Below, piece by piece: positions 18,944-43,318 of a DNA stretch of 64,000 nt (position 1 is the first letter of the stretch; every line of letters begins with the position of its first letter). A program made the position numbers and the translations under genes. The notes beneath the pieces were generated by a model. That model had not been told where the DNA came from. It worked only from the letters and a program-made list of their open reading frames with translations, and ran no database searches. The stretch comes from Blastocystis sp. Blastoise (Eukaryota; Protista; Bigyra: Opalinata). The stretch spans positions 372,001-436,000 of the forward strand of contig JBBPEB010000011.1 in NCBI GenBank assembly GCA_039096225.1. Direction: 5' to 3'.

Positions 18944-20130
18944 ATTCTTTTATAATAATAAAATGAGAACAAACGAGATTATAAAAAAGGAAGACTCAAT
19001 ACCCCAGCTTCTAAAGTTCTACGCAGAATTACTTCCGATTTTCATGGTTTTCTTTTAGAATATGTTCACAATTGAAATTATTGTTCTGTATTGTTTTCAT
19101 TCATATTATTGGTATTTCACGTTTCTGTTTTTATTTATTCATTTTATGACTGACTACTTGAACTTGGAAACAATATTTCAATTTGAAAAGAATGAAATAA
19201 TATACTTTTTTGTAAATCATGTCCCAATTTCTGGTACGTAAGATATACATTCGTATTGTATAGGAATACAAAGAAAGTTATATGTTCTTCAATTAGTAGT
19301 TGCGTTAACAGTATTGAAATAGTGTAGATCTTCATATAAAGACGTTTTATGAATATTTTCTGACGATTGAGTATTCTTTAATATCATTATATAAAGAAGT
19401 TTATTATTAAAGACTATTTAATCTTTCTAAGAACAAAAGAAAAAGAAAACAGCAGATGATTCGTTAAAGATTCGATACATCTTTATAATTCATGAAGAGA
19501 AATGAATGAATACGTGCATATGCATAGTTTCATATATATTAGATGTCTTTAAAGGAACATATCTGCACATATTCAATAAAACTATTGAATTGATAGAAAA
19601 AAGATAAAGAAAACCAGATCTTTTATATGAACAAACAAAAAGTGAAGAGAAGTAAAATAAATAGAAAAAAAAAGGAATGAAAACTATACTTAAATTATAA
19701 AATGTCAAAAAAGAAATAAAAAAGTGAAAATGAGTATTAAAAAAAAGAATAAAAAATATGAAAATGACACAAGAAACAATATATTTTAAACAATATATAT
19801 ATTTTATTTATTTATTTAAAAAATGAATATTAAAGAAATACAAGTATAAAAGTATATATATATATAAATAAAGGAAAGATTTTGATTTACATAAAAAGAC
19901 TATATCAGCACAACAAGAAAGAGATAGAAATATATATTTATTTAGAAAGAACATATATATATGTAGAAATAGAAATAGATTATTATTAATACATAATAGA
20001 TACTATTCATTTAGATAGATATATAATGTATTATATTATACATAGACATGAAGTGAACGAAAAAATTTAAATATTAACCACAAAATTGTATATATAGCAT
20101 TATAGACAGACTATATATATAATATATAGT

Positions 20131-24863
<4,733 letters not shown>

Positions 24864-25414
24864 CTTTGAAAAAAAATAAATCTATATGGACAAATAATGC
24901 AACAATTATTAAAACCAAAAAAAATCTGTATTTTTTTTTATTCGAATAATTTCCAGTATTATTTTCATTTTAAAACTTTATGATGGTTGTTTTTCATGTT
25001 AATTTAATTTGTTTTCTTTTGTATTTGAAAAGCGGGATTATATGTTTATCTCTTTTTATTTAACTAATATTATAATATTAATTTGGTTAGAACTCTATCT
25101 TGATTTTTATAAATAAAAATTCTGAATAACTAAAAATAATTTAATTTTTGAAATGTTTTTTCTCGATGTTTTCAGCTTCAATCATGCTTTACAGGATGCT
25201 ATGACATTTGGATGTTTAAATAATTAAAAAAACAATGTTTATGTTTGATGAATTGTCTATCAGTGTCATTTTCAAATAAAAAATATAAATATTGATGAAG
25301 AAAGATATAGACATTTTCATATAATAAAATGAAACTATTCAATGTAATAGTAACGCTTATTTAATATACATAAAGAAAATAAATCAATATATTATAATAT
25401 GAGAAAAGAATTTA

Positions 25415-25658
25415 TTACATATGTTTCATAGATTGATAGCATTCAATAAAGGATTCTGCAGTAATATGATTGTTAGTTTCAGTACGAGCCATTTCAACAA
25501 TAAGTAATAATTGTTTGACAGGAATAGGTTCAGTAATTCTTTGGACAATTTGTCTAATAGTATCTTCTTCAATATCACCCATCTTTTCAAGAATACGTTG
25601 AAGATCATCAGCCTTATCACATACAGGAATATCAAGAAGTACATTAAAGGGCTATAGA

Positions 25659-25722
<64 letters not shown>

Positions 25723-25827
25723 TATAAATATATATATACATCAGTTAATCCTAATTCTTCCATCTTATCAGCCATAGAAGTAGTGGCAACAACCATTAAC
25801 TTACGTCCATATATATATATATAAGTG

Positions 25828-25860
<33 letters not shown>

Positions 25861-28759
25861 TAAATAAATAAAAAAATAAAATAAAAAAAACATGTATATA
25901 TACATAAGTTGGTGGTGGTTTCTTGATAAGAACAAGAAGTGCTTGTAAAACAGCATTAGAGAATCTGGGTCCAAGATGTACATATTCAATAAGACGTTCA
26001 AGATCATCTAAGATAATCATAGAAAGAGGGGATCTATAAGCATCTGTGAATATAGCAGAGATCTTAGAAGCTTTAGTAGCATCAGAACAACCAAGAAGAC
26101 TATCAGGGCTAATAATCTTAACGAAAGGATATTCTGATTTAACAGCCATATAAGCAGCTAAAGCAGTTTTACCACTTCCTATAGAATAATAATAATATTT
26201 TTATTAAATAAATAGTTTGCATATGAATAATAATAATAATAATAATAATAACAATAATAACAATAATAATAATAATAATAATATTTTTATATATAAAATA
26301 CCTGCACAGCCATTAAGACAAACAGTAAGAAGAGGAGTCTTATCAGAAGTACGTACCTTTAATAATAATAATAATAATAAATTGATTTATATTTATAAAC
26401 ATAATAAACATAATAATAAAATACTTGATTAATCATAGAAGTAAGTTTTTCATACATATCTTTCCATTCTTGACTAAATTCAATAATACCATTTCTATAT
26501 AATAATTGTAATTCATCTTTTTCTAGACCAAAAGCAGGAGTAACTTCTTGAAGTGCACGTTCAAAATCAGCTTTAGTCACTTTCATATTATCTGTATCTA
26601 AAGTCTTTGTTAAATTATTAATATCTACCTATATATATATATATATATAATCATCAAAAGATAAATAGGAATGAATAATATATAATATATTATTGATAAT
26701 AAATATAATAAATATAATAATATACTTCTCTTTCAAGAGCAAAAGAAGTAGCTGATTTGACAAGACCTTCTAATTCAGCACCAGTAAAGTTCTTTGTACG
26801 TTCAGCAAGTTCACCAATATCTACATCTTCAGATAAATAATTATATAGAGGTAAGTATTAATTGATTATGTATATGATGATAATCATAAATAAAATAATA
26901 ATATTAATAAACATAATAATAAACATAATAATAATAATAAGCATACTTATTATTTCTCATAGTAGCTGTATGAATCTTAAGAATTTGAACACGTCCTTCT
27001 TCATCAGGGAGACCAATTTCAATATGAACTTCAAGACGACCAGGACGAAGAAGAGCAGAATCAATCATATCCTTTCTGTTGGTCATACCAATAATAAGTA
27101 CATTATTAAGAGCATCAACACCATCAATCTTAGACAATAATTGATTAACAATACTATCTTGAACACCAGTACCTATAAAGAAGAGAATAAAATTAATATA
27201 TCCATATAAATAATAATAAATAATAAATAATAATAAACATTAAAATAATAAAAATTCATAAATAATAAAATAATAAAAATAAATAATAATAAATAATAAA
27301 TAATAAATAAACATTAAAATAATAAAAATAAATAATAATAAACATTAAAATAATAAAAATTCATAAATAATAAATAATAAAAAAAAAATAATAAAAATAA
27401 ATAATAAAAATATACCATCTCCAGAAGATCCTCTGGCTTTACAAATAGCATCAATTTCATCGAAAATGATAATATGTAATTCACTATTATCGCCCATCTC
27501 TTCCTGTTCCTTGACAGCATCTTCAAAAAGAGCACGAATATTAGCTTCAGATTCACCTACATACTTATTTAAAATTTCAGGACCATTAACAATCTAAAAA
27601 TAAAATATTTATTATTATAGAAAATATATTATAAAAATAATAAATATAATAAAAATAGTAAATAATATAATAAATATAATAATAATATATTGTCTATATA
27701 TATATCTTAGGTTCATGTGCATTAAGAGCCTTACCAATTTGTCTAGCAATAAGTGTTTTACCACAACCAGGAGCACCATAAAGAAGCATACCACGGACAT
27801 GTTTAATACCCATCTTCTTAATAACCTCAGGAGGGAATACACGAGATGCAAAGGCACGACGGAAAATATCAGCAAATTCTTTATCTAAACCACCAATACC
27901 TATATAGACATAAAAGAATAGAATAGGCTATATTATATTAATAATAATAAATAATAATAAATAATATAAACATATATATATACCCATTTGTTGGAAGTTA
28001 AATCCTCTTTCAAAAAGTCTCGTGTTTTGACCTGTAGATCCTCCTTGTAAACGAATAGCTACATCCTTCTTCTTCTTAAAAGTTATACTTGTAGCCTGAA
28101 TTAACTGACCCTTTGTACGACCAAAATCACGAGGAGCAGGAGAAGTAGGTTTATCAAGAGAAGCAATATCAACACCAGTACAAGTAATTCTCATACCAAC
28201 ATTCTCTAATACTACAGCTAAAAGTTGATCAACAGCAAAAACTTGTTTTAAGAATAATTCTTTGAATACTTTGGTAAGTTTATCACAATCAATATCAATA
28301 GGTTTACCAGAAGTATTCTTTTTCATAAGATCAATTTCAAAAGTAAGAGAACCAGCAATAGTAGCTTCAGCTTCATCATAAACATGAACTTCAATTTCCT
28401 TACCCATAGCTAAGCCTACACACATTCTCTGTAACATATTAAAACCTAAATCACCTTGTTTAATTCCATCAATAGGTCTTAAAGTATAAACAAATTCTTC
28501 TACAGTAACTAATATTCCATTGGTATCATCAGTCTTCCCAGAATTAAGGGCAATCTGTAAATTAATTGAATAAATTAATTAATAAGAAATATAAAGAACA
28601 AGAACATAATAGACTAGTAAAAATATATACGTTATCATAGTCAGCTTGATTACAATAAATACAATTTGTAAAGCTATTTAAAAAAATAGTTGAATATCTT
28701 AGTTAAACATACGCTAAACTATTACTAGGTAAACCGTTAACAGAAAACTTATATGACAT
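25415..28759 (-). CDS. NSF: Vesicle-fusing ATPase NSF/Sec18, multi-exon
   Basis: [74 protein letters not shown], second AAA domain with [12 protein letters not shown]. Confidence 0.96.
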
Positions 28760-29612
28760 TTTATTCTAGAAAAGTAGATGATTGCTATTAGAATAAATGA
28801 TTATAAAAAGATCTTGTTTTATCTATTTAACAAAACTGCATATTCCCAAGGAAATCACTATTTTAATAATACTGTTTTCCCAAGAAAAAGTTTTGGTTCT
28901 CCATGATCTTTTCGAATTCGATTACTCCCCTTCTTTTTTATTCTGTTCTTTCTCCCTTGTTTACATTGTATTTTCTCAAGAATCCAGTTTCTTACAAGTT
29001 CATTATTCTATAAAATTTTGTTTAAAACACTTAATCTTTTCATACGTAGTGTAGTATCACTATTGTCAATAGCTATTCAATACATCAACTCATAAAGATG
29101 TCAAAAACTCATGAAGAATATGTTTTTAAAAAAAATAAAATATTTTAGAATCAAAATGTCACATCCCTTTACGGAAAGTGAATATGTAAAAAATATTACA
29201 ATCCCTTGATTAATCCAATCGAACTTCTGTTGAGAATTTTTTCGATATGGGCTGCCTCCACAGAATTCCCACGGAACTCCGGCTTTTTAAACACATTTTT
29301 TCTATTTAGATATTTTTTATTTTTTAAAAATGAATTTTAGTTCTGTCGAGAAATTATAGATGATAGCCAATCAATTAACTTTATTAGTTGAATCTACAAA
29401 TAGGAAATAGGATCTTTTCACGTTGGAATTTCAATTAGGTCAATTAATTGTTCAAATGAATTCTCTCATGGACACTTTGTTAAATTGATATTTATTATTA
29501 TCTTTATCTGTATTAAAGGTATTTTATAATTAACTTTATATTATTTTTTTATGAGTTTACTTACTACTTAGAATAAGATTTAATAATTATTTTTATTTAG
29601 GAAAGTGAAATC
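28760..29612. promoter_or_regulatory. Divergent intergenic region shared by NSF and Rab1; includes a probable Rab1 5'UTR intron (29519-29600)
   Basis: Head-to-head arrangement, a locally GC-richer patch at about 29245-29285, and a GT...TTTAG segment ending 12 nt before the Rab1 ATG. Confidence 0.45.
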
Positions 29613-30581
<969 letters not shown>

Positions 30582-30875
30582 ATTATTTAATTTCTGTTTT
30601 TATTACTATTATATTCTCTATATCTCCATTATATTAAACTAGATGGTAGTTTAGTTGTTACTGTTTCTATTACAAAATTTCTTATGATAATTTGTTCACT
30701 TTCTTTCTTTATTGTTTTTTATCCCATTGTTATTTTTTTTTTTTTTTAGTCTTTTCACAACAATAAAGTTGTTTACGTATACTTTATTACACAACTATCA
30801 TTTTAATATCACAAACATAAACATACAAGATTGATAAATAAATTTATATATATATATAATTAAAAATTATATACC

Positions 30876-34269
<3,394 letters not shown>

Positions 34270-34468
34270 AATGTTTTTTATCTTAATACAAATAATCTAA
34301 ATAGGGACACAAAAGACAGAGTCTTCCGTATCAAATTATAGATAAAAATTTATTTATTATACCACACATAATAATCTAGATTATATTGAGAAATATCGTT
34401 GTTCAAACTATTTTTCTCATAATTTTTGTTGTTTATCTCTAAATTGACTGAAAAATACTTTATAAGTC
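34270..34468. promoter_or_regulatory. Probable compact bidirectional promoter (NOL8-like / DNMT2)
   Basis: Only 199 bp separate the divergent start codons. Confidence 0.5.
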
Positions 34469-36473
34469 ATGCAAGCTATAGAATTCTTTGCTGGAATTGG
34501 TGGCTTACATACAGCACTTAAATTAGTTCAACCTGAAGCAAAAGTTACTGTAGCCTATGACATTAACCCAAAGGCTTCGGAGGCGTATCTTCATAATTAC
34601 CCAGAAACAGAATATATTCAAAAAGATATCAAAGGAATTCGTGTAAAAACTTTGGAGAAGTTACATGCTGATATCTGGCTTCTTAGTCCTCCTTGTCAAC
34701 CACATACGAGGAATGGTCTTCAAAAAGGAGCTGATGATGCTCGTTCTTGTGGATTCCTTCATATTATTGATTTATTAAAGGAAATTGAATATAAACCAAA
34801 ATATATATTATTAGAGAATGTAGAAGGTTTTGAAGTTAGTGAATCTCATCGATTATTCGTAGAAGCTTTGTCTTTATGTCATTATTATTATCAAGTATCT
34901 ATTTAATTATTATATAGATCTATTCTAATTATCCATTTTAAGAATATTTTTTTTTTGTAATATTACTATTCTTCGTAGATCTAATATTCTTCTATTCTAT
35001 ATACTAAATCACTTTATTCCATGATTCTTTTTTCTTCTCTCTCTCTATATATATAGGAGTATATTTTATCTCCAAATCAATTTCAAGTGCCGAATCAGAG
35101 AGACCGTTTCTTTATTATCGCACGAACAACTCCGTTCTCTCCTGTTCCTAACGATATATGTATTATCAATCATATTATGAGACAAATACCGAAGGATCAA
35201 GAGTATTCATTTGATTCTATTATTCATCATATACAATCTAGTGAAAATATATTATTTATTATATTTATTATCATTATTTGTTTAATTTTATAATTGTACA
35301 AGGATTGTTTATTGAATAAATTTTATTTTTTTTTTTAAATCATTGTTAAAATATTATATATATATATTTTTTTATTATTATTATTATTTTATTGTAAAAA
35401 TATTATATATAGAATTCATTATATATTTTTATATTATATTTTTCTCTAGTTGTACAAGTATTGTGTATATAAATGGAACTGCTGAAATGGGCACAAAAGA
35501 GTCTGAAGAGCTCTGGAAACATCTGAATTCAAAATGTAAGTATGTTGATGATTATTTAGAATTCAAAGAAGAATGTCCTGAAGATAGTGTATATATATAT
35601 ACATTTTTTTATACTTTTTTTTCTAATTTTTATCATTTATAATTTTATATTTATTATTAAAGAATTATTTTAATTATATATATATTTAGTTCACATTTAT
35701 TTAGTATTAATATTATTATTATTATTTATTATAATAATATAATTATGTCTATTTTTCTAAATAATATATTATAATCTATTAATATATTTTTATAAATCTA
35801 TTTTCTTTAGCCCTATAGTGTACATACATCTGTACTTACAAAATCAGGAAGTGCTTTAGATATAGTAAGTCCACTCTCTCAACATACATGCTGCTTTACG
35901 AAATCCTATAGACAATATAATCTAGGTATGTTTATATAAAACTATTTTTTATTCTATAATGTGTTTTATAAAAAAAAAATATAATCTTTATATAAATATA
36001 TTAATATATATTCCATTTATATATATATATATATATATTACATAAAACTATTATTTACATATAAAAAAAGTATTATTTATAACATACATATATATAACTA
36101 TATATATATATCTAGGAACAGGTTCATTATTACAGACTTTGAGTCCTCCATTGCCTTCTCCTATTCCTCGAGATATACAAACACTCAAATTATTACATTT
36201 ACGTTATTTCACATCAACGGAAATGAAACGCTTACATGGATATCCTGATACATATACATTTCCAGAAACACTAACGGAAACACAAAAATGTAGACTTGTT
36301 GGAAATATATCCTTTTTTTTTAATTCTATATTCATATAAAGATTTTATGTATATATGAATATCTAATATATAGTTTATATTTATATTTTCTTAATTAATA
36401 GTACAGTTTGTCAGTCACAGTCGTGTCTCATTTATTAAAACATTTATTTAAAGTGGAAGAAAACAGTAACTAA
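34469..36473 (+). CDS. DNMT2: DNMT2/TRDMT1 tRNA(Asp) cytosine-C5 methyltransferase, multi-exon
   Basis: EFFAGIGG, SPPCQPHTR, LENV, PNQRDRFF, DNMT2-specific CFTKSY, LRYFTSTEMKRLHGYP, LVGNSLSV. Confidence 0.93.
36307..36404 (+). other. U12-type (minor spliceosome) AT-AC intron in DNMT2
   Basis: 5' ATATCCTTT, branch-like TTTTCTTAAT 9 nt before the 3' end, terminal AC; removal restores motif X LVGN|SLSVTVVSHLL. Confidence 0.9.
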
Positions 36474-37705
36474 TTTATGTATTCATTTTTATTGTTTTCT
36501 TTCATACTCCTATTTTATTTATTCAATCAATTATTTGACTTCACGCGCTACGTGTGACATAGTTAACATTATAAAAGAAAAATGTATATGGAATCATTAT
36601 ATGTCATGGGGAGTAAACAAGTATAACTTTGTTGTTCATTATAAATATGATGTGCCGTACACACATAAACAATGATTAAAAAAATTATATTGTAAAAAGA
36701 ATATATATATATATATTAGCATTCACTTGTAAAGTTTTTTTTCATTGATATATAAACAATGAGAAATTATGTTCATGTTTTCATAATCTTAAATAACATA
36801 TTATATTTAACTTAATCATTTTCTTTTTTCAAAAAAAAAATTTTATTTTTTTATTAGTATCTAACTATTTAGCGTATTATTATTTTATATTTTTAATAAA
36901 AATTATTTATGTGTTTTTCAAGATACAGAGTTTGTAATATGGAGGATATACCCACAATTTATCAGATATTTCTTACATTCGTGACACTCCATTGAATATT
37001 TTTCGAATTTTCTATGTATCAGAACACGTTCTGAATAAAATAGCAATAAAAAAAAGAAATTAAAAGATGATTTTCTTTTCACGATGACAATTTGAAAAAC
37101 ATATGAATGACCATTTTCATATATAGTTCACATCATCATGAGTACAATATAACTAGTTATCACATAAATGTAAAATTAAGTAGAATAAAGATATTGTGGA
37201 GTTTCTTTGTACCGATGATTATAAAAATCAATTTAGTTAGAATTTCATATATGTACAACAATTAACCTTCATTATACTTTACAAATCAAACCAATTCACC
37301 AAAGAAAAGGGATTGTAATATCATGAAAAACACTAAATAAAAAAAAGGAATTGTATTCATTCAAAAAAAAGAATCAAGAAAATGGTTGGTGAATCTACGC
37401 TACTTTAGGGTATTTTTAAAAAAAATTTCATATTTTAAAAGGTTTCTACAGAGAAAACGTGTTTTTAAGAAAATATAACGGGGAAATTAAAAAATACTCT
37501 ATTGGGAATGCTTATAACCGTTGAAATTCATTAATCATATGTACAGAGAGAAGTCAAAAAAAAAAATGAAATTTGTGAGAATGACTTTAACTTTACCGTG
37601 GTAAATGTCCACACTTTTTAAAAAAATTATCTTTTTATAAAGGTTGTTGGAAATCTACTTGAATACATAATTTTTATATTAAGTTTTGTAGTAAAGAAAC
37701 ACCAT

Positions 37706-38993
37706 ATGAGTTCGATAGAAGTTTCAGATACAACAAAACGTATATATTGATTCGATTTTGATTCTTCTATCCATTTAGAAATCCTTTCGAATAGTTTGGC
37801 TGAAGCGTGTGATTCTCTGAATAAGCGTACTCTCCTTGAATCTAAAAGAACACGATCTCTTCGAGTATTTTATTTTTTTAAAGATCTTGTTTTTATGCAA
37901 TATAGTACGAAAAAGTCAATCGGTATATCAATCTCATACTTGATACTATCAGATCAGATGCTTCTGGACGATATTATATCCTTTTTACAATCAAATATTT
38001 ATTAGTTTTATTCTTTTTTTTTAAAATTTTATTATGTAATATATATTCTTAATAAATGATTCACTACTTTTCGATCAACAATATATACAATTTTTCACAT
38101 CTATTTTAGACACACGAAAAACATTTGATTTAGAAGCAATTAAAAATGTATATATATATATTATTCTATATATTGAAAAGAAATATAATAATTTATTCAA
38201 ATTATATTAATCATAATGTTGTTAAAATTTAATTTTTATTTTTATTATTGTAGCAAATATATATATATTTAAAATATTTATGTTCATAACTATCTTATCT
38301 ATATAAATCTGTAGGTACTAAAGATCTTAGAGATTATTTCCAGTGACACAGAAGCCCTTCAATATGGTATTACTTATTTTATTATGGATCAGACTCATTC
38401 AAATTGCTATTGGGGACGTTCTTTATTACATGATATATTATATTATATTGAAAATGATAAATTAAGAATAGAAGCACTTTATACACTTATTTATATGCTT
38501 TATAGGTATGCTTATATTTATTATTATTAGTATTATTATTATGATTATGATTATGATTATGATTATGATTATGATTATTATGCTTATTATTATTATTATT
38601 ATTATTCTATAGTATTGATTGTACATTATTATTTCGAAATGAGTCTGGTATATATATATTGTCGTCAATATTCAGAACTTCAACAGATGCCGATGTGATT
38701 CATCTTATAGAAACTATTATTAAACATATACTTGAAGTCTCTGCTGAAGATATATCCAGGTATATATATATATATATTCATATTTTATGTATGTTTTTTG
38801 CTATTTTATAATTATTATATATATATTATTCTATATTATTATACATATTTCTATAGATATTTATCTGTAAATGAACAGTTATTATTATGTATGTATGATG
38901 ATCCCTATATTGTATCCACAGCACTCTATGTATATATATATATATATAGTTATTTCTATTTATTAATAATAGTCACATTACTATATACCATTC

Positions 38994-39025
<32 letters not shown>

Positions 39026-39171
39026 TCTCTTTATAGTGGTTATCTGTACACAGTGATGATGCGTCATTCCCTCGATTAGAATTCTATTTACTTCATCCAA
39101 ATACTATATATACAAAAGTGGCTATTAATTATTTTAATCAAGATCATCTTCAAGATGCTACTCTCTGCTTA

Positions 39172-39235
<64 letters not shown>

Positions 39236-40119
39236 GAAAAATCTATGTTTTTTTATATGTAAAAGTATTATTATATATTATTATATTATATAAAAATATA
39301 ATTTATGATACTATATATATATATCAGGAAATGTAATTTATATATCTAGAAGTATAATTTTATTATATATATATATAGAAATATAACTCTCAAATATGTA
39401 TATTTGATCAAACTGATGATTTTTATTCAAAGATTTCGCTTCTTAAATGTGATATGAAGATATTTGATGCTTCTTCTAAAACTGTTACTATATACGTACC
39501 TAAATATATGAATGGACTCGAAATCACTTTTATTAAGTATATATATATTATAATCATTTATATATATATTATCTTATAATTAAAAAATATATAAAAAATT
39601 ATGTAAATATTTCATTTTTTTGTCTTTTTATAAATAATAATAATTATAATTAACATAATAATAATATATATATATAGTGATGAAGATTATAGTTTGTGGA
39701 CTACCTATTTATTAGAGATCTTAGCAGAAAAGGATAGTACAAAACCATGCTTAGAAGCACCTACATGTATATATATATATATATATATACTTATTATACT
39801 TATTATACTTATTATTATTATACTTATTATATATTTTATAAATAACTACAACTATATATATAGCTAAATTGGTTAATTTATCTATTGCAGATCTTCAAGG
39901 TACGGAGGATATGACGAACTTTCAATGTATCCAGTTTCTCTTAAATTCTCAAACGATACTTCCCCAGGATTATGTGTCGATTCTTCGATATTTGTGTTCT
40001 CTTCTCTATACAGATGATTTTGTTCCTTTTATATATACATATGCTATTCCTGTATATATTATGAGAATTATGAATTTATCCATTGATGAAATTATTAATA
40101 TATGTGAAAAGAATAAACG

Positions 40120-40150
<31 letters not shown>

Positions 40151-40673
40151 TCTATTATAATTCTATTATAATCTTATTTTATTTATAAAATTGTGTATAA
40201 TTACTATATATATATTCTATTATAATCTTATTTTATTTATTAAATTGTATATAATTACTATATATATTTATATATATATATAACCCTATCTTTAGAGTAT
40301 AATATCCATCCCGAACAAACACCAGAAAAAGTTTATGAACAAATTAATAAATTTGCTATTTATTTCTTCTATCAAGTATATATATATATATATTTATAAT
40401 TTTATGATTTTTTAAAAATATATATTCAATTTATTTTTATTGATTGATATATACATACTATTATTTATTTATATAAATAGTATATTATATTATATATATA
40501 AAATTAGTTTTTTTTATTAATGATATTTATACTATTCTCTCTGTATATATATATAGTTATCGTGTCATACAGATCATATTGGAAGTATGTATGATTATAA
40601 TCCACTGATGCCTCTGCTATTCTCGAAACTCAATGATAATATGGAGGAAACATCACTTCTTTGTATACTTAAT

Positions 40674-40728
<55 letters not shown>

Positions 40729-43242
40729 TTATTCTTAATAATATATATTCTTTAAACAGTTATTTTAGTTTTATATAATATTCAAGTGTATTATATATAT
40801 ATATATATTTCTTCTTCTTATTATATATGTATATATATAATAGATCTAATGAGATACAGAATGGTAATATTGATATGTGTATTAAATTATTAAAACATCT
40901 TAAAGATGTTATGGATGTATATATATATATATATGTATTGTATTATAATATATATATATAGTTGGATATAACACATGTATCAAAGCATTATATAACTGTA
41001 TATCATCGTTTATTACTAGAGATCTTATCAGGGTATTTGGACGCAGGGGATAGAACAGCAGTAGAAATTACTAAGAATGATGGTATATATTATAATAGTT
41101 ATTATTAATATATAATAATTAATATATAATAATTAATATATAATAATAAATATAATAATAATAAATATAATAATAATAAATATAATAATAAATTTAATAA
41201 TAAATATATAATAATAATAAATATATAAAAAGTATATAATACTATTACTATATAGGTTTTAATTTTATATATAATATTTATGTGAATAGTGGTGAGTATT
41301 CCATAAAGAATGACGCACTTGAATTATTAGATGATATTTATGGTTATGTTCCTATCTCATATAATTATCTTTCTATACAATATATATGTATGTTATGTCA
41401 ATTGAAGAAGGAACGTATATTATTACAAGCATTACGTTATATGTCAAGAATCGCTTCAGAATTTATAAGTCAACATCACAATCATAGAGATATTAAGGAA
41501 TCGAAAGAAATGAATCAATTTATTTATATTACAAATCATATTTCACTTATAAAAGATATTCTTCTTGATGTATATATATATATATATAATATTTATCATT
41601 ATTTTTTCTTATTCTATATATATTTATATATTGTTTCCATTATAATCTCCTTTCTGTATCCCTATAGATACTTCGTACTCAGTACCAAGATGTCATGGGT
41701 ATAAACACCAATCAAACGCTTATAGTGTACATATGTATATTACTTCAATCCATTTCTCTATATCCTCCTACATCTTCTCTTCTTTGGGATAATAGTATAT
41801 ATATATTATTATTATTATCATATATATTAGGATATTTCTTTTTCTTTTATAATTTATGTTATATTAGTATTATTTCTATTTTTATAGTTTATTTATTTAT
41901 TATGATATATTTTTAAGTAATTTATATTATATTATTATTATTTCTATTTTTAATAGTTTATTTATTAAATGAGAAAACTATATATAATTTATATTATATA
42001 ATAACTATAAATTATATATATTTATATATATAGATATTGTGAATCTGTTAATATCTGCATTTAGCCGTGATAGTGGCTATTCGTTTGACCCGGATACCGA
42101 ACAGATGTATATTCTTATTATCACTGTCACGTGCATGGTGGAACACTATCCCGGAGATCTTGTATATATATATATATATATATATTGATTATTGTTTTAG
42201 AATATTTTATTATTTATTTATATATATAATTGAACATATATTATAATTATTATTATAATTATATATATATACTATTTTTTTATAGACTGATTTCTGGTCA
42301 CGTGCTCCTGATAATATGGATATATCTATATATGAAACCATCATGAAAAGTGATTTACCGCCAAAACATTTAGGCGCGCTTTGTTTATTTCTAGCTTCTC
42401 TAAATAAAAGTCCATTTTTAAAAGAAATTTTTGTTAAACATCAACATTATACTTGTATTGAGAATGTATTTTTAACAATGAAGGAATTAGCAGTAGAAGG
42501 AGCAGCTGTATTACTTGGGTATATATATATTATTTTTATTATGATTATTATAGTGTATTATGATTATTATGATTATAGTGTATTATGATTATTATTATTA
42601 TGATTATTATGATTATTATGATTATTATGATTACTATATATATAAATATATATATAGAACAATAGGTACAGAAAAGGAGGTATGTAGATGGATTTGTGAG
42701 TTAGAAGATCGTGGTAGAAGTCATATATTTACAAAAGTGATTACGAATTATTCATTATTTAATTGGAGAACTATAACTAGCTTATTATATTGTTTACAGA
42801 ATCTAGTTACAAATCCAGGTATTAAAATATTCGTATTTGATGCTAAGAATAATATATTACACTCACTTGTCAATTTCAGTAATGGTGAAGTATATATATA
42901 TATATTACATTATTATAAGATTTAATTTTATTAATATATATATATATATTTTAGATATAATATAATACATCTTGTAACCATATATCTATATATATAGAAT
43001 CTCTTAGCAGATAATGATACATCTCCTTCTCTTCTTCTTCTTTCTCGTATACAGAATCATAATAGCGGGAATAGCATGAAAATGATTCCTCCAATCGTTA
43101 CACTTCGTGCGGCTTTAACACTCGAACGATTGGTCGAAAATCCAACGGGCGAACAAAGTATCTTAACACCATTAAAAGTACATGAACAGTTATTTAACTT
43201 ATTGAAATGTAATAGTAGCGAAATGGTTGCAGGACTTGTTCT

Positions 43243-43318
<76 letters not shown>

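Noticed and set aside
29045-29065. GTGTAGTATC resembling the U2 snRNA branch-recognition sequence
   Set aside because: The flanking U2 sequence (GGCTAAGATCAA, CTGTTCTT) is absent.
35200-35449. Apparent non-canonical donor in DNMT2 intron 2
   Set aside because: An earlier in-phase canonical donor (CAAGA|GTATTC) explains the junction.
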